Positions 38,701 to 52,273 of a stretch of 64,000 nucleotides of DNA are shown piece by piece. Numbering within the stretch: the first letter of the stretch is position 1; each line of letters starts with the position of its first letter. Below the pieces are notes generated by a model. That model did no database searches, was not told where the DNA came from, and saw only the letters and a program-made list of their open reading frames with translations. Position numbers and translations under genes: made by a program. Source of the DNA: Balanoglossus misakiensis (Eukaryota; Animalia; Hemichordata); the NCBI GenBank assembly GCA_040954595.2, contig CM082588.2, positions 1,929,027-1,993,026 on the forward strand, in the 5' to 3' direction.

Positions 38701-41700
38701 ACCAAAATAGGTTGGCATTGATAGCTGCGCAACATCGACGGGAGGCGAGACCTCACATTAGGCAACATATGTTTTTGGCGCAGGTGGTTATCAAAGCTGT
38801 AATTAAAGTAACTGCCAATCAAGAGAGAATAACTAAAACGCCAAGACAAGATCTGTATTGGTGTTTTTGTGAGAAATGCTCTCATCACAACGAGATTATA
38901 GAGAGCCTGCAATCAAACACCATGAGAAATCGAACGATTGGCAATATGGAACGATTTGGAATAAAACAAAATTCTCATCAGTGCCCAATGTATGGCGTTT
39001 CCATTCTCTGATTCCATTACCGATTTTGCGAGCAGGACTTCCACCAAAATCCAACGGTGGTCATGCGCTAGCGAACGCAGTCCGACATCATCAGTTATTG
39101 ACTTCACTGGTAAAAAGAACACTGAAAATGCAGGGAAAGGGGGCTGTGAGCTCTCGTAGCCTACGGCCGGGAATTGATCGACACCGCCCTATCCCGAAGG
39201 TAGTTGAGCGCCGATTGTACAAAATTGGTCTTGGTTGCTGAGCGAATCTCCGCAGTCAAGGCCCAGTGCACTTTAAGGACACCCCTTCTCTCTATTTTAA
39301 TGCGGGCAGAAGTGATTGTTCGACCGCAGGCAAATTTTACAGCGACCGGTGGGAAACGCGGTCCCGGCCAATCCACACGTAGCGAGGCGAATCTCTCTCT
39401 TTCACGTCACGGGTAATTGCTTCTTAGTGTCCGTGATGGTCCGGTGATCGCCAACTTCAACGACAACTTCTATTCACCATTGAATTCAAATTTGGGAAGG
39501 GTTAACGGGCAAGTTCGGGACACTCATCTAAGATAGGATTTTGTTTTATTGTATTCATCATCCAATACATATGGCCTATTCACAGGATGAGGTACCCACC
39601 ACTCCTGTGTTCATGCCACACCCAAGGGTACAGCATGATTGAGATGGATAACGGCGCTCGAATCATGATTAGTATGGGGCTTTGTAACTACCATAAATTT
39701 TCCGAGTTCAAGGTCGTATACAGTCATGCAAGAAACCGTGACGACGGCCCGGTTCACCGTCTCTCCAGCAACGACAAGTTCAAGTGTGCGGATTGATTTG
39801 AGTGTCGTTCGTGAAGAGGACATCAGAAGTCAATTTGTGTCGTGGACCATGAAAAGGGCGTTGTTTATACAACATTGTTTGCGCATGTCATTATTCCTCT
39901 CTCAAGCCGATATTAATTATCAGCGACTTATATCAAAACATTGTTGATTTGAATTCCGGAACGAATTGTGACCTGGCACTGAAGTGTTAATTGATTTTTT
40001 CATTCTTTGAATAATTATCCATAATCACAAAACAATTTTGGGTTCGGTTGGGTTGATTAAAAGTTTAACACTCACTTAGAATACTTTATATTCTTGTTGT
40101 GCATTGTACAACAAAACTTGACGCAACATGTTCAAGTTCAGCTTTGGACAAGTGGGGATTAAAAAAGGGTAAATATTGAATGAACAAAGTTAACAAAACC
40201 AGTGCCAAGTTTAATTCAAATGAAAATTATCCTTTTCATATAAGACTTAAAATTATTATAGTGACTGTTGATAGTCATTTGTATATTTCAGTTTGACAGC
40301 ACGCGAGATGCGCGTGTCAGCGCTTGCTCCATCGCGGGATCAGAGGTCGGAACAATATTGTTGAGAGTTATTAGAAAATGGCCAACCTTTTCTTCTAACC
40401 ACGAATAAAACTGGTTCGGAGAAAAGAGAAGTTTTTCACATGTAAATTTCTTGCGTGTTCAATAGGTACAACCAAAATTATAGTGTTTGGGCGATCAACT
40501 GCTACAAGTACATGTAGATATCCCACCATTCATCATTGTGTTGGTGCGTATCGTAGGAGAAAATATTTCCCCTAGGGAATTGCAAAACAACGGAGCTCTA
40601 CCGTTTATTTGGATCTGTCTGTGTAGAGCAGGTTCCACTCGTCCAGACTGTGTCGTTGAGTCATTGTTCAACTAAACTGAGTTGAAGTTCATTAGAAAGT
40701 GAGGGTCTGAACTAAACGTGACGACAAATTGTCCGAAACTGACGACGTCGACAACTTGTGGTCAGCTGCCCAACATGGCGACAGTTCGCGCGGGTCAGGT
40801 GTAAATCATGTACCCCTCGCGGGTATCGGTGATTGTTCGGCAAGAGGGGTGTGGTAGAGTCCAAAAATAACAGAATGAATCGCTGACAGACGTAAATTTT
40901 AACTGATGGGACCGATTCTTGAAAGTAGTGTCGTGCCTCACAATAAAGGAAAAAACTGCCCCGTCTTTTGGCCTGACAGTGATGGCCCCATATAAACATT
41001 GTTTTGGCACGTAACAGCTGCTGTTTCATTTCTCGACTGCATTTTCTTGCTTCTTCTTCTAACAGCCCCTCACGATTTATCATGTAGTCTGCGAGATAAA
41101 CGAGCGACCATTTGCTAAAATTTTGGTTAAAAATCGTGACAGCTGCGACATACACTATATGTGTGGGACTCTGGGTTGGCAAAACACTTGCGCATCATGT
41201 AACTTTTTATTGAAAGGAAACGTTCTTCTGCCACGACTAGTATGAGTGGAAACAGTGTATGACCTTAGAGGAATTCAGTTAGGTTCATGTCTCTCGGATT
41301 ATTTAAGGGAGAAGCATTATGGATTCCGAGCTGGAAAATTGTCAAACATGTTCACTGAATGTAGGTGAAATGTGTCACTGATATGATAGGTAAATGAATT
41401 CATTTCCTTTTTCATCTGTGTGTGAGAGAGGGGGTGGGTGGGAAGGGATTGCATGAATACGAGCTCCGAAATAGCGTTTTATGTGCCAATATTGTGCTTT
41501 TTATCATGGTGGTATATCCGGTCGATACGGGTGTTCTTGCTTCTATATTTGGGTGGAAGATTTTTCTAGGTTTTAATCGGATGTTGCTATTGATGTATTT
41601 CTGGACTTGTCAGTAATATAAGAGGTCATTGTCCTGATGAGGATGGCGAATTGAAAGAAGTTTCTTCGTATGGCTGAAATCACTCAGTGTCTTTGAATAC

Positions 41701-44700
41701 CAACCGGACAATGCGAGAAATTTTTTGAAACAATTTCCCAGTCAAAGTTCCACACCACGACCTCTCATAACCGCACCGCTTCCTCAAAGGAAGAAACTGT
41801 CCACAATCAATAAAAACACTCTTGATGAAGAACGCGTCTGTTGTCTCCAGAGTGTGGTGAACGCACCAAACCCAACAAGACTGACTGGACACGGCATGGT
41901 GTTATTCAACGTATGCGCATATAGCATGTCAGAATGATTACAACTGTAAATTGAATTACCATTCCGTTTGTATCAACTTTCCCCCACTGATGCCGTATTA
42001 CGCATGCCCTGATCTCGGTTATCAGCCAAACATCTATCTTTGATTCGCCATAGCCATGTCACCATGGGAATTGGTTTATGTTATTAAGAATTGCAAATAA
42101 CCGTGTTAATTTAAATCCATTTGCAATTAACTAATTATTTAATTAATTTATCAATTCGCCACAGTCAATCCGGCGTCCTCCACTTTACTATAAAATATCA
42201 ATACATTCTGAAATTCGAGTGGACACGTCTTGATGGAATAAGACCTGATCGCAGTGACCACCCGCAGTATTTTAGAAGCAAATTTCCCTACCACCTGATA
42301 TCGAATTTCGTCATTTTATACGTTTTGTTATTAGCCTTAGGAAATGTGAAATAATTATACGACAAAACCAGGGTGAAAATATATATGGATTTGTTAAATC
42401 TGTACACAGCATGCATTAAGTCAGCGACCTCGCGGCCGCGAGAAGTCAGTCACCGCGCGTACTTCTTCTGTGGAGAATATCGCCGGATATTCTTGATCAT
42501 CATCTGCTATTGTGTTTTGTTTTGTTCTTTTTCTTCTGAGAAGGGTGTGAGATCGTTCCCTTGCCGGACCACCAAAGAATCGTCACAGATGGATCTCCAC
42601 CAGACACCAATGTGCGACTGTATCAAAGTGACAAGTCGAACAATAGAGCGCACAAACTGTGATTCCTTGTCAAGTCATTAGGGAGACAATCCGCGGCAGG
42701 TATGCTTCACGCCCGGTGGTGAAGGATATGCGTCAGAATCACGGACATACCGCGACGAACTTGACAAAAGCGGTCCAATCATACCCCCCCCCCCCCGCGA
42801 AAAGTGAGTTATGGAACTTGGAAGTTTGAATGTTTCAATATCCGGTTTCACCTGCTGACAAAACCTCAGGGAGGAAGCTGGTCCCTGTGAGTGGTGAATA
42901 CATGTACTTGCACGCATGAGTGACTCTGATTGTACACGGCGTTAAACACGGTCACCATCAGCGACTTTTCCTTCACACCTAGCCCATGTAATCGCAGTTA
43001 GTCTTGTACACAGTTCTGTAATTTTCCTCATTAAAAACATTACCACACACCAAAAAACTCCCTGGGGGTTTTACAGAACAACTGTCACTATTGGTTGAAT
43101 GGGCAGATGATTTTTGTCATCGACGGGAGGACATGATGTAACCCCTGGGCAGCCTGAGCTGTGAAGAGACTTCCACAGCAGTGAGATCGAATTCCTCTAA
43201 AGTTTGCAAAGTTTGTCGGAATTCCGAAATAGTCGACTTAGTAACTCTTTCCCAGGCCAGGAAATCTGTAATGTCATTTTCTTAAGTCCTGTTCACATTC
43301 CAGGATTCATCCCGATTAGTTTGACTTATGCGCGGAACGCAGCCATCCATTGTTTTGTTTTTTAGTCGAATAGCTTTTTCGTCAGACAACGTATCTTTGC
43401 ATTGCTTGAAAAAAAACCGAGTTTGCTCTAAGCGAAAACACAGCGATACGGTGGGCCCGCCTGTTTTGAAAGTAAACCCAAACTCTTGGTCACTATATAG
43501 AAAATCCAACAGTGCGTGTTTGCACAATAGGGAACAATTAGAAAGTCCTGCAAATATAACAAGGATTACGCGCTACAGACCAACCGAGCTCCCTGCATTG
43601 TGCGCATGTTTCAATACAGACACACAGTGTAGACTGAAGCAGAAAACTCGACAAGAATCGTTGTAAAAACAGCACTGACGTGAAAGCAAATTACACTTCG
43701 CCATAATGAACACACACATTAAAAGGAACTCACGTTAATTGACACGAACAATGACAGAGGGGCTGTGATACGGTACAGGTGAAATGGGACCACAAGTGAG
43801 ACAAAAAAGAACCTTAACAATTGTGAATTTCGAAAACAAAACCGAGTTTTTCGTTGTTTTGTGTCTTGAATATCAAGTAAAACAGAGAGAGGGCGAGAGG
43901 GGATGGGATGCAAATAGACAACCGGGCAACAGATTGACAGATAGATAGACAGACGGAACGAAAACAGGCAAGGAACCCCAAAAAGTATTCAAGAATCGAC
44001 AGGTGGTATGCCTGCATCATGGCCCAATGGCGAGACGGATACGGTGTTCCTGCTGTCTGTGCATTTCACTGCATCCCTATACGATCACTTTCCTTGATGT
44101 CAACCGTCTCAATGCCCCCAAAGAAATACATGTAAAACCCCAAAAGATATAGCAAACAGAATCTCCGGTATGGACGTCACGTCTCTGAGCACTACGGCAA
44201 ACTCATTAGAGCGGACCGCTTTGTTAGAATTTGAACACAGGTAGAAGCCCGTCTGACCAAGCAAACAAACACGTTGCGTCTCCCACACGACAATTGATGT
44301 TGCCTTCTCGCTACCAATTGTATATTCTAGTCAACACCGTCCTTTCACACCCGTATCTCCATGATAAAGCCTCTGCAGATCCCTCACTTGGCGCATTGCC
44401 AGGCCAGGTACACCGTTTTCTTCTCTTCGCTGACTTGAAAAAAGGGTGACGTGTATTTAGTGGGGATATTAAAACCTGGAGACCCTTCGAACGAACATTA
44501 ATTATCGGCCGCAGATAATCGCAACTCGATGCGGCTAGTATTGTCTAATTGTTCTCGGTTTTGACAGACCGTGGGATAGTCTCCGCTATCGCCGTTTCTT
44601 CCAATATTATAGCTGTAGCCTTTTCAGGGACCTCAAAATCTCCACATATAAGGAAGAAGCTTTGGGCTAGTTGAATGGAAAGGGGACACTGAGTAACAGT

Positions 44701-45058
44701 TAGTTGATCGCACCCGGACAACCCTCTCATGGCCTGATTCGCACTCCCTTACAACTGATTCTGTGTCATTATTTGATTTCAATGGTCCCAGAGCCAAACC
44801 CTGCCGCGGCCACAAAACATAACGTCTGTCATCTATACACAGGTGATTCAGCTCGGGCTTTGTCAGAGGTCCATACCTTCTAGTACATTGATACAACTGG
44901 TACCGTGGCTTGTAGCTATGGTCAATGAGGTCTAAACTATAATAGGGTTGCCCAGTGCAATATTTGAGATTAGAAATACAAATGTTGTGTATCCGGTTGG
45001 CTACACACACGAAAGGGTTCATGTGGAACGGCCAATGGGGTAATATCCTCTCTGTTCG

Positions 45059-45120
45059 AAGAGAGGGAGTGGGGGCATAGAGAGAGACAGACAGAGACAT
45101 GGAGAGTGAGAGAGAGGGGG
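45059..45120. repeat. GA-rich degenerate microsatellite
   Basis: gagagggagtgggggcatagagagagacagacagagacatggagagtgagagagaggggg. Confidence 0.7.
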
Positions 45121-48100
45121 ATATGTGAAACTTCAATTCAGGGTTGGGAGAACAAGCCATGACATGAGGAATAATACAGAAGACCAGTTGGGGAGATATT
45201 GAAGACGACATGAATGATATAGACCATCAAAGGGGAGGGTCATATATGTAAACAATCTTTACATTTCTTTCTGTAGTTTTATTCATCTCAACCCAAAGTT
45301 TCGCCTTGGTGTGAACGGGGTTGATGGCCCCTCGTGGCGATTTTAAGGCTTGGTCGTTTGAATACCCGTTGTATCTGAAAGCTGTCAATGGACAGAGACC
45401 AAAACACGTAGAGGTATGTTAAGTTCGAGATGACTTCGTTGCTCCAATAAAACAAATCATGGTCAATCGTTTTGGATGGTAAAAATTGCGCATAGGTTGA
45501 TGTTGACTCTATGACGCCTGGCAGTCTGAGATAAAAGCAACTAGATGGAACTTCATGCCTGAAAACCTGGGCTGAGGATAACGCCTCTCGTGCCGAGGTC
45601 ACCTGGGGTCACTGGAGTGCCACAATAGGTTTTTTGGTTGTTACGGGCCACAACAAAGCCGGCTCTGTCTAGAAGGGTCCGCAAATCCAAGAGTCTCCCT
45701 AAAATAAACTATTTTCTGAAATAATTGGTGACACCAAGTAATTAAGAGGTCTATAGCCGCCAGATGAGCGGCTACAGCAAGTCTGCCCAGGACAACTACC
45801 GTTAACCAGAAAAGGAATTTTACTTCAGTTTAGAACCCGTTTCGCTTGGTCTTTATTTCTTTAAAGACAGACTCCCACTCTTATAGCGATGGCAGTTAAA
45901 TGTCAAAGCAGTGCTTAGCACGAACGCCCCTTCCACACAATGTCCATTTCAAAGTTGGAAGCCCACGTGAAAGGAACAACCCCGATGACTGATGTTTTTC
46001 GAAAGCTCCTCTAAGGTCACTTCTCGGGTCAGCAGATAAAAGCAAATAAGGAAAGAAAATGCAAAATTACATAATACAGCGTCTGTTTCATTTTGAAGGA
46101 TAGAAACTCTGGTAGCGACAAGTGCTGAGTTTTTTATCTACACACCGCTGTTGACAATATTAGCATTCGTCACAAACTGATAAATTCAGCAACACTTCCC
46201 ATAATCTCAAAACTTCAACTTCCATATATGGAATTGGCTTGGAGTCAAACTGAAAACATCAATTTACTACCAAGTGCCAAAACGTAGTTTGCAGTGACTC
46301 CTGGGAGTCCCCTGTGAAGTTCGGTGTTGATTTTCAGTCTGCTTCCGAGTCGCTCTGGATTTCCTCATGACCCTGTCTTGGGTAAAATTGGCTCTGTCCA
46401 GGGTACACAAAAACAAGGGTGTCACGTGGGTGCACACACAAGATAGCGGTAGAGCCCTGTCAGTAAGGCTTTGCGCGTGACACACAGACGCTCAGACAAG
46501 TATATATGATGTATATGTACACACAACTGCAAAAGTAGTTCAACATTAGTCTGGGAGCTGCTTGTCAGAGTCTCAACGTTGTTAATTGTTATTTATTGCA
46601 TTAATGTCTAACACATTTGAAGTGGCCTAAAGCAGCTTGTATGGGGTATGCTGAAAAACAACTCGAGTATGCTAGACTACTCAAAATGCCTGCCTTTTAT
46701 TTCAAATTAAATCCCTCCGCGGTTGGTCGGGGGAGAGTGCAGGACCCTCAATGGTGGGTCATATTTCTGGAGGGTCTGTGACATTGCTTTGGTCTGTGAC
46801 CTGCCAGTGCTTTACAAAAGTCATGGGACATGTCGTTCCTTTTACCGGATCGGTTATTTGCGTGTAGCATTTAGTCCATCCCACGGCTAAGTGGCAGCTG
46901 CGCTTGTAACTGGGACACGCAACATTTCCCCCGTCACGGTTGAGGCGGGGTGTTGTTAAGTGGGCCAAGATATTTCGATTCTCGGCTACCATATTGTTTT
47001 TCAAATTAGACCTCTGATATTCGTGTCGGCCAGTCGTCTCGGGTTTCCCCGCCAGTTATTCATGGCCAGTCACTGCGAATGATCGCATCCACGGATGATG
47101 CGAACCAAACTTTTAAAACTGACACGTGATGGCATGCGGCGGGCACTCAATAACCACCCCCCTCCAATCCCATCGACCTCATTTCGGCGAGCCCTTCTGG
47201 AAATTGCACAGATGCGAAACCATGTGTTGGAATGACACCAAAGAACCCCAGGAAAAGCTTTACCGAAAGTAGCCAGTAAGCCGTGTTCATTGAGCGTTTT
47301 AACGGCATGCCACGGGGCATTTTCGCATCGGCATACACGCAAAGTCCGTGTTACCTATTTCTATGTTACAGGAAAACATAGAAGTTTGTGTGTTATAAGT
47401 CTCTCACCCCATCTTTCCCATATACTTTCATTGAGACGTAAACCATACTCGGTTTTAAGTTTTGCTATTAATACACTCACTGTATAAAGTCCACGGTCAC
47501 TCTATACTCTTGACGTTTATACACTTTAATGACTGTTAATGCCATCTTATGCCCAACACTTATGAACGCCAATATCCCCATTATCAATTCAAACAGCAAT
47601 TTATCACGAGTGAGTAAACGCTCCAACGTCGCTCTAATCCCCGCCAGTTTTAACAACCCGGGCAACGACGAGCTCTCCAAAGCCAGGGGTCAGGCGACCG
47701 ACCAGACAAAAATCTGGTTTACATTATAGAAAACCAGGCAGGGAATAATAACCGAAGGAAACTTTTTGTGCCCGGGGACCCTTTGGATTATATGGGGGGC
47801 GAACACAAGGTTACTACCCCATGGAGTCTCTTTGGCTTGCATTGCATATTGTTGATGGAGAGAAATGTCTGCTATTACTTGACTTAGCGCTAAAGACAAC
47901 CTTTCCGAAATATTCCAAATATTCGCAAAACAATATAATTACACCCCGTTCGTGGGGATCAGTTGTTTTATCAGCGATTTTAGTTTTAAGTACTTTGATA
48001 GATTATGAATTATGTCGTTGAAATTCTTCGCATTGCATAATTGCCTACCAGGTACGTCTCGGCGTGGGTTTTACTTACGGAAACTTCGGAAAAACTATTA

Positions 48101-50422
48101 TGTGTTGACCGTAGGCAAGGCAGGGGAATGATTTAATACCTCGCCATGTCTCCGGGATCTGATAACGTTTGATTTAGCGACCGATTTTGAAACCGTTTGT
48201 CGGCGACCAACGATATTTCATCGCTTTGTCGGCGCGACCCCGGTCGAGCTCATACCTGTTCGTGTTTGCTCTAGCCATGGTTCGGGTGTTTGTTTGTTGG
48301 AAAAAATAACGGTGTAATTGATTATGATAGTTGAGCAAAGTGTATTAAGTGACAATAAAAGATACGGCGCGATTACCGAGATACGTGGATACTGCAAAGT
48401 GGTTTTCTTTCGTGTCTGGAAAATCTAGTGGGTGGACTAAGGATTAGAGATGCTGGATTTGAACAAATCTCCGATTTAGTCCACATATATAGTGTTCATC
48501 TAGTTTATTGGCTGAAAGAATTCTATTCGCGTAGCTACCAAGGTGTTGATATGGCCGATGAAATATGTCTGACAAATTTGTTTACTTATATACTATATTA
48601 AGAATCTACCTGGTCGGACAGGATTCTGGCCAGGTGAGAATAGAACACGCCGGGTCGACAAACAAATAACCACTCGCGTGGCACACGTGGGTGTAGTTTT
48701 GCCGAAGACAGGTAAACCTGGGCGGCGGACCACAACACGCGAAATTCGCGTGGAGGAGAGTCCTTCCCTCTCGCTTCGTCAATGACATTACTATGCCAGA
48801 GACAGAAACTGTCGAAGGAATGCGACCAACTGCTGGTGTGTCGGGGTTCAATTCTATAGACCCATCCAAACCACAGTCCCTTCAAAAAGATCTGTTCTTT
48901 GTCAAGTCATGGTGCAGAAAGATGCTTGATTGACATATATAGTGATTTCCAATTACTCGCACTGGAAATGTGCCAGTATAATGTTTTACTCCATGGTATA
49001 AACACGCGGCTTATCACCAGCAAAAGTTACACAACGGATGATCCCCCGCACCTCCATAAAAGTGCACGCAATTGAAACAAACGAAAATTAAAACGCGCAT
49101 TGGCAAGAATTCATTCGCCCGGCCCGTACATAAATTCGTTAATTATCAATTATTCACGAAGTTGCCGAAAGTGGGGTCGGTTTCTTTGGACATTCCGACC
49201 TGAAGAGAAATCGATGGATACTCGTGTTTTATTGGTCAGACTCTTCATGATGTGTTGCGTCACAATCAATAAGCGAAATCCTGTCGGGTGAATAACCGAA
49301 AAAAATTGCCGCGATGATTAATTATTAAATAGTCCAAGCTGTTAATTTCTGCACCTTTCAAGTTCACTGGATAGATTCGCACTTTTTATTGTGGTTCCAT
49401 TTGTGGGTGGCGAATTGTCTTTAGAGACTAATATTAGTGGTTCCTCTGTGGACGGAAAAGAAGCGGGTCTGAGCACGCTTTGAAGGGATTTTAACAAAGC
49501 TGGCCTTGTGAACAGCTATCGCGTGTAAAGGACCTTGGTGAGGTGTGGTTTTATCCCACTTTCCCCGCTAAAAATCGCAAAGTATACACTCCAATTGATA
49601 GAGTGGGGCTAAGCCACGAACTAAGCAGGGCAAGTCTGACCGCCTTGCTAAGTAATCCCTATGGAGACCCGTCTCCCCGGGTTTAACGGGAGAGAGCATT
49701 CACTCATGACTCAGTCTATTTGAAAGTCATTTGCGAAGGGGCTCCTTCACAGGTACTTGCGAGCAATCGTATTGGCTAACAGGGAACAAAAGAAACTTTT
49801 TTTCTACGGGTTATTTACATTACAAAGGAAGATCCACACGCGACGAAGACTGGACTGGCACAGCGAGGGGAACAACAACACTGACTGCAGCACGTCAACA
49901 AAATTTGCATATGATCCGGGTGAAACTCCTTCAGAAATATGTTGTCGCACGGCAAAAATGTCGTCCAGGAACTGATTTACTTCCCGAAGACCCAGGCTGG
50001 GAACAACGGCTCTTCGGCTGACTTGTTTACGTCCGGGAAGCTGAACAAATAAACTGATGAATTTTTAATAGCGGTTGATATTAGTAAGCGCGGAGACATT
50101 GCAGTGGGCGGAGCCTTTGTTCCCGTGAGCGTATTTTAATGCGCATTCAAATAACGTCCCCAGTTGTTGTTGCCACGCAGCGTACAGCAGTAGTGCGGAC
50201 TTTATAACAGTGAATCACTTAGCATAGGTAATCATTCGCAGAGGATAGCCCAGTGTGTATTGACTGAGGTCCACCACTCATGCACAAACGCGTTCTCATG
50301 AAAAGCTGTCTACTTACGCGGAGGTGACAAGTGGTCCCCGTGACTGGGATAAATTCAAGGGCTCTAGTGCAGTGCGAAAGAACAGATACGGACTCGACTG
50401 ACCGATAAACAGTGCAACAATC

Positions 50423-52273
50423 ATGGAGCGGTTGATTCGGATGATCCAATCGATATCGCTCTCCCTCGTTTTGCTCGGAGTCTTTTCCGTGGCCGCCGAG
50501 GACCCTTTCTTCAGGACGCAACCAACAGATACGACGATCGACGAAGGTCAGACGGCTGTCCTACGATGCAAAGTGTCCGGCATCAGTGGTATACACTACG
50601 TGCAATGGGTTAAAGAGGGAATCGCCATAACCTTTCCCAACAGGACTACTAACAATGACCGACTTCGCAACATTTGCCAAGTCGGGGAACCCTCTCGGTA
50701 TTCGGTGGATGGCGACTTTGCCCATGGTGAGTTTAATTTAAAAATTGTCCACACGCTCAGTGCAGAAGACAGTGACTCTTACAGATGCCTTGTATTTGAC
50801 GATTTTGGCCCGGTTTTGTTTTCTTCCGACGCGCAATTGACGGTGCGCACGCAATCGGCCGCCAACTACCCTGTATGTCTGCCCACTACTATACGGAACG
50901 CTTACGTTGCGGGAGATGTACTTCATACGGAATGTTTGTTCCGAAATGCTAACCCTTTACCCGAGCTGACCTGGGCCCGGAACAACCGCTACATATCACG
51001 AGGTGAGTTGATCTACCCAACCCTGGCGGACAAGAAACGAGACTGGGAATTGACGGCAGAGGATGACGGCGCCGTGATTACGTGTCAGGCGACGGGGTCG
51101 GCCATCTCCGGCTCACAGACCTGCGTGATTGGACCCTTGGTTGTATACTATGCCCCGACGGTGACCATAGTGCCCGAAATCGCCGACGTCTCCGTTCACG
51201 ATTCCGTCATGTTTACGTGTTCGGTGGCGGCCAATCCGAAGCCAGACGCGTACTTTTGGCAAACGAACGGAAACCCCATCGATCTGGCCACTGGTAAATA
51301 TACCATATCGCCCAACGGGAAGGACCTGACTATTTCGAGGCTGACTATTTTCGACGACGGCATGGTCGTCACCTGCATTGCGGGAAACATTATCGGACAG
51401 TCGTCGGCGAGCGCCGTTCTCTACGTGCTTGAAGCACCACCACGGCCATCGACGCAACAAACCGTCATCGTCACCGATGCACCCGAACCAGAGGTTCGCG
51501 AAACCACCACAGCCGCGCCGCCACTACCACCGATACGGCCGAACCCACGACTACCGACGACAACGGCCACCAAGACCAATACTCCAAGCAACGCAGACCC
51601 CGACAGCGATTTGGTATTCGCCGGTAACTCCGATGAACCACGGGAGGTGAACAACGGCCTCGCCCTCTCCGTGCCCGTGTTGGCGGCTGTTGTCACAGGC
51701 AGCGCCATATTCGCCATAGTGCTCGTGGTCCTTGTTTGTGAGCTCACTAGATGGAACAGAAAGCGGAGGAAAGCACGGCAGGAGGCCGAGGAACAACGGG
51801 TCACCGGATACTATGACGTGAATCTCAGTACTGCACACGCCGAAGACGAATGCAAACAAAGAGTAAACGAATGGCTAAAGAAGTCAATCGACGATAAATA
51901 CTATTTTATTGACACCGAGCAATCACTAACAATCAAGCTCTCCAGAGCCGGATCCACCGGCCAGGTTTCGAATTTGTCCTCTCTGGAAAGCGGCGTCAAC
52001 AAAGACCAAGTGGACGTTACCAACGACACCCAGCACCGCGCGAGGGACAGCGTTGCTTCCAACGTCCAACGGCACCACTACGACGAGATCGCCAACTACA
52101 CCGAGAGGGGTGAGACATTCACCGACGGAACGGACAGCGGGGTGAGCGGACACGTCTACAGTATTCCCATAGACGCGAACTTCGCCCCCGGAAAGGAATA
52201 CTACCACCACCACCAGACTGTGATTTCCCCGTCGAAATTGGTCAATTACGGCGTGATAGACACGCACCGGTGA
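50423..52273 (+). CDS. Single-ORF IgSF type-I receptor, 616 aa: 3 Ig domains, Pro/Thr stalk, TM, tyrosine-rich tail with ITSM-like, YDEI and ITIM-like motifs; closest paralog of 5075
   Basis: Signal peptide ends SLSLVLLGVFSVAA. Ig domains: VLRC/VQWVK/SYRC; TEC/LTWAR/VITC; MFTC/YFWQT/VTC. Domain 1 has RYSVDGDFAHGEFNLKI. TM is VPVLAAVVTGSAIFAIVLVVLVC. The tail has TGYYDV, YDEI, YSIP and VNYGVI. Confidence 0.95.
   Translation: MERLIRMIQSISLSLVLLGVFSVAAEDPFFRTQPTDTTIDEGQTAVLRCKVSGISGIHYVQWVKEGIAITFPNRTTNNDRLRNICQVGEPSRYSVDGDFAHGEFNLKIVHTLSAEDSDSYRCLVFDDFGPVLFSSDAQLTVRTQSAANYPVCLPTTIRNAYVAGDVLHTECLFRNANPLPELTWARNNRYISRGELIYPTLADKKRDWELTAEDDGAVITCQATGSAISGSQTCVIGPLVVYYAPTVTIVPEIADVSVHDSVMFTCSVAANPKPDAYFWQTNGNPIDLATGKYTISPNGKDLTISRLTIFDDGMVVTCIAGNIIGQSSASAVLYVLEAPPRPSTQQTVIVTDAPEPEVRETTTAAPPLPPIRPNPRLPTTTATKTNTPSNADPDSDLVFAGNSDEPREVNNGLALSVPVLAAVVTGSAIFAIVLVVLVCELTRWNRKRRKARQEAEEQRVTGYYDVNLSTAHAEDECKQRVNEWLKKSIDDKYYFIDTEQSLTIKLSRAGSTGQVSNLSSLESGVNKDQVDVTNDTQHRARDSVASNVQRHHYDEIANYTERGETFTDGTDSGVSGHVYSIPIDANFAPGKEYYHHHQTVISPSKLVNYGVIDTHR

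Noticed and set aside
38541-39416. Cluster of 70-156 aa overlapping ORFs on both strands
   Set aside because: No recognisable domain or consistent frame. A short hydrophobic stretch on the minus strand is interrupted by stops.
39670-39860. Frame reading ...RFTVSPATTSSSVRIDLSVVREED..., vaguely like Ig D-E-F strands
   Set aside because: It lacks the F-strand Y-x-C and the B-strand Cys, the spacing is wrong, and there is no signal peptide or TM, so it cannot be supported as an Ig pseudogene.
43623-43650. CACAGTG heptamers (also near 9081, 18019 and 53520) as possible RAG recombination signals or RAG-transposon ends near Ig genes
   Set aside because: No ACAAAAACC-like nonamer at 12 or 23 bp spacing, not adjacent to Ig segments, and the number of hits is compatible with chance in 64 kb.
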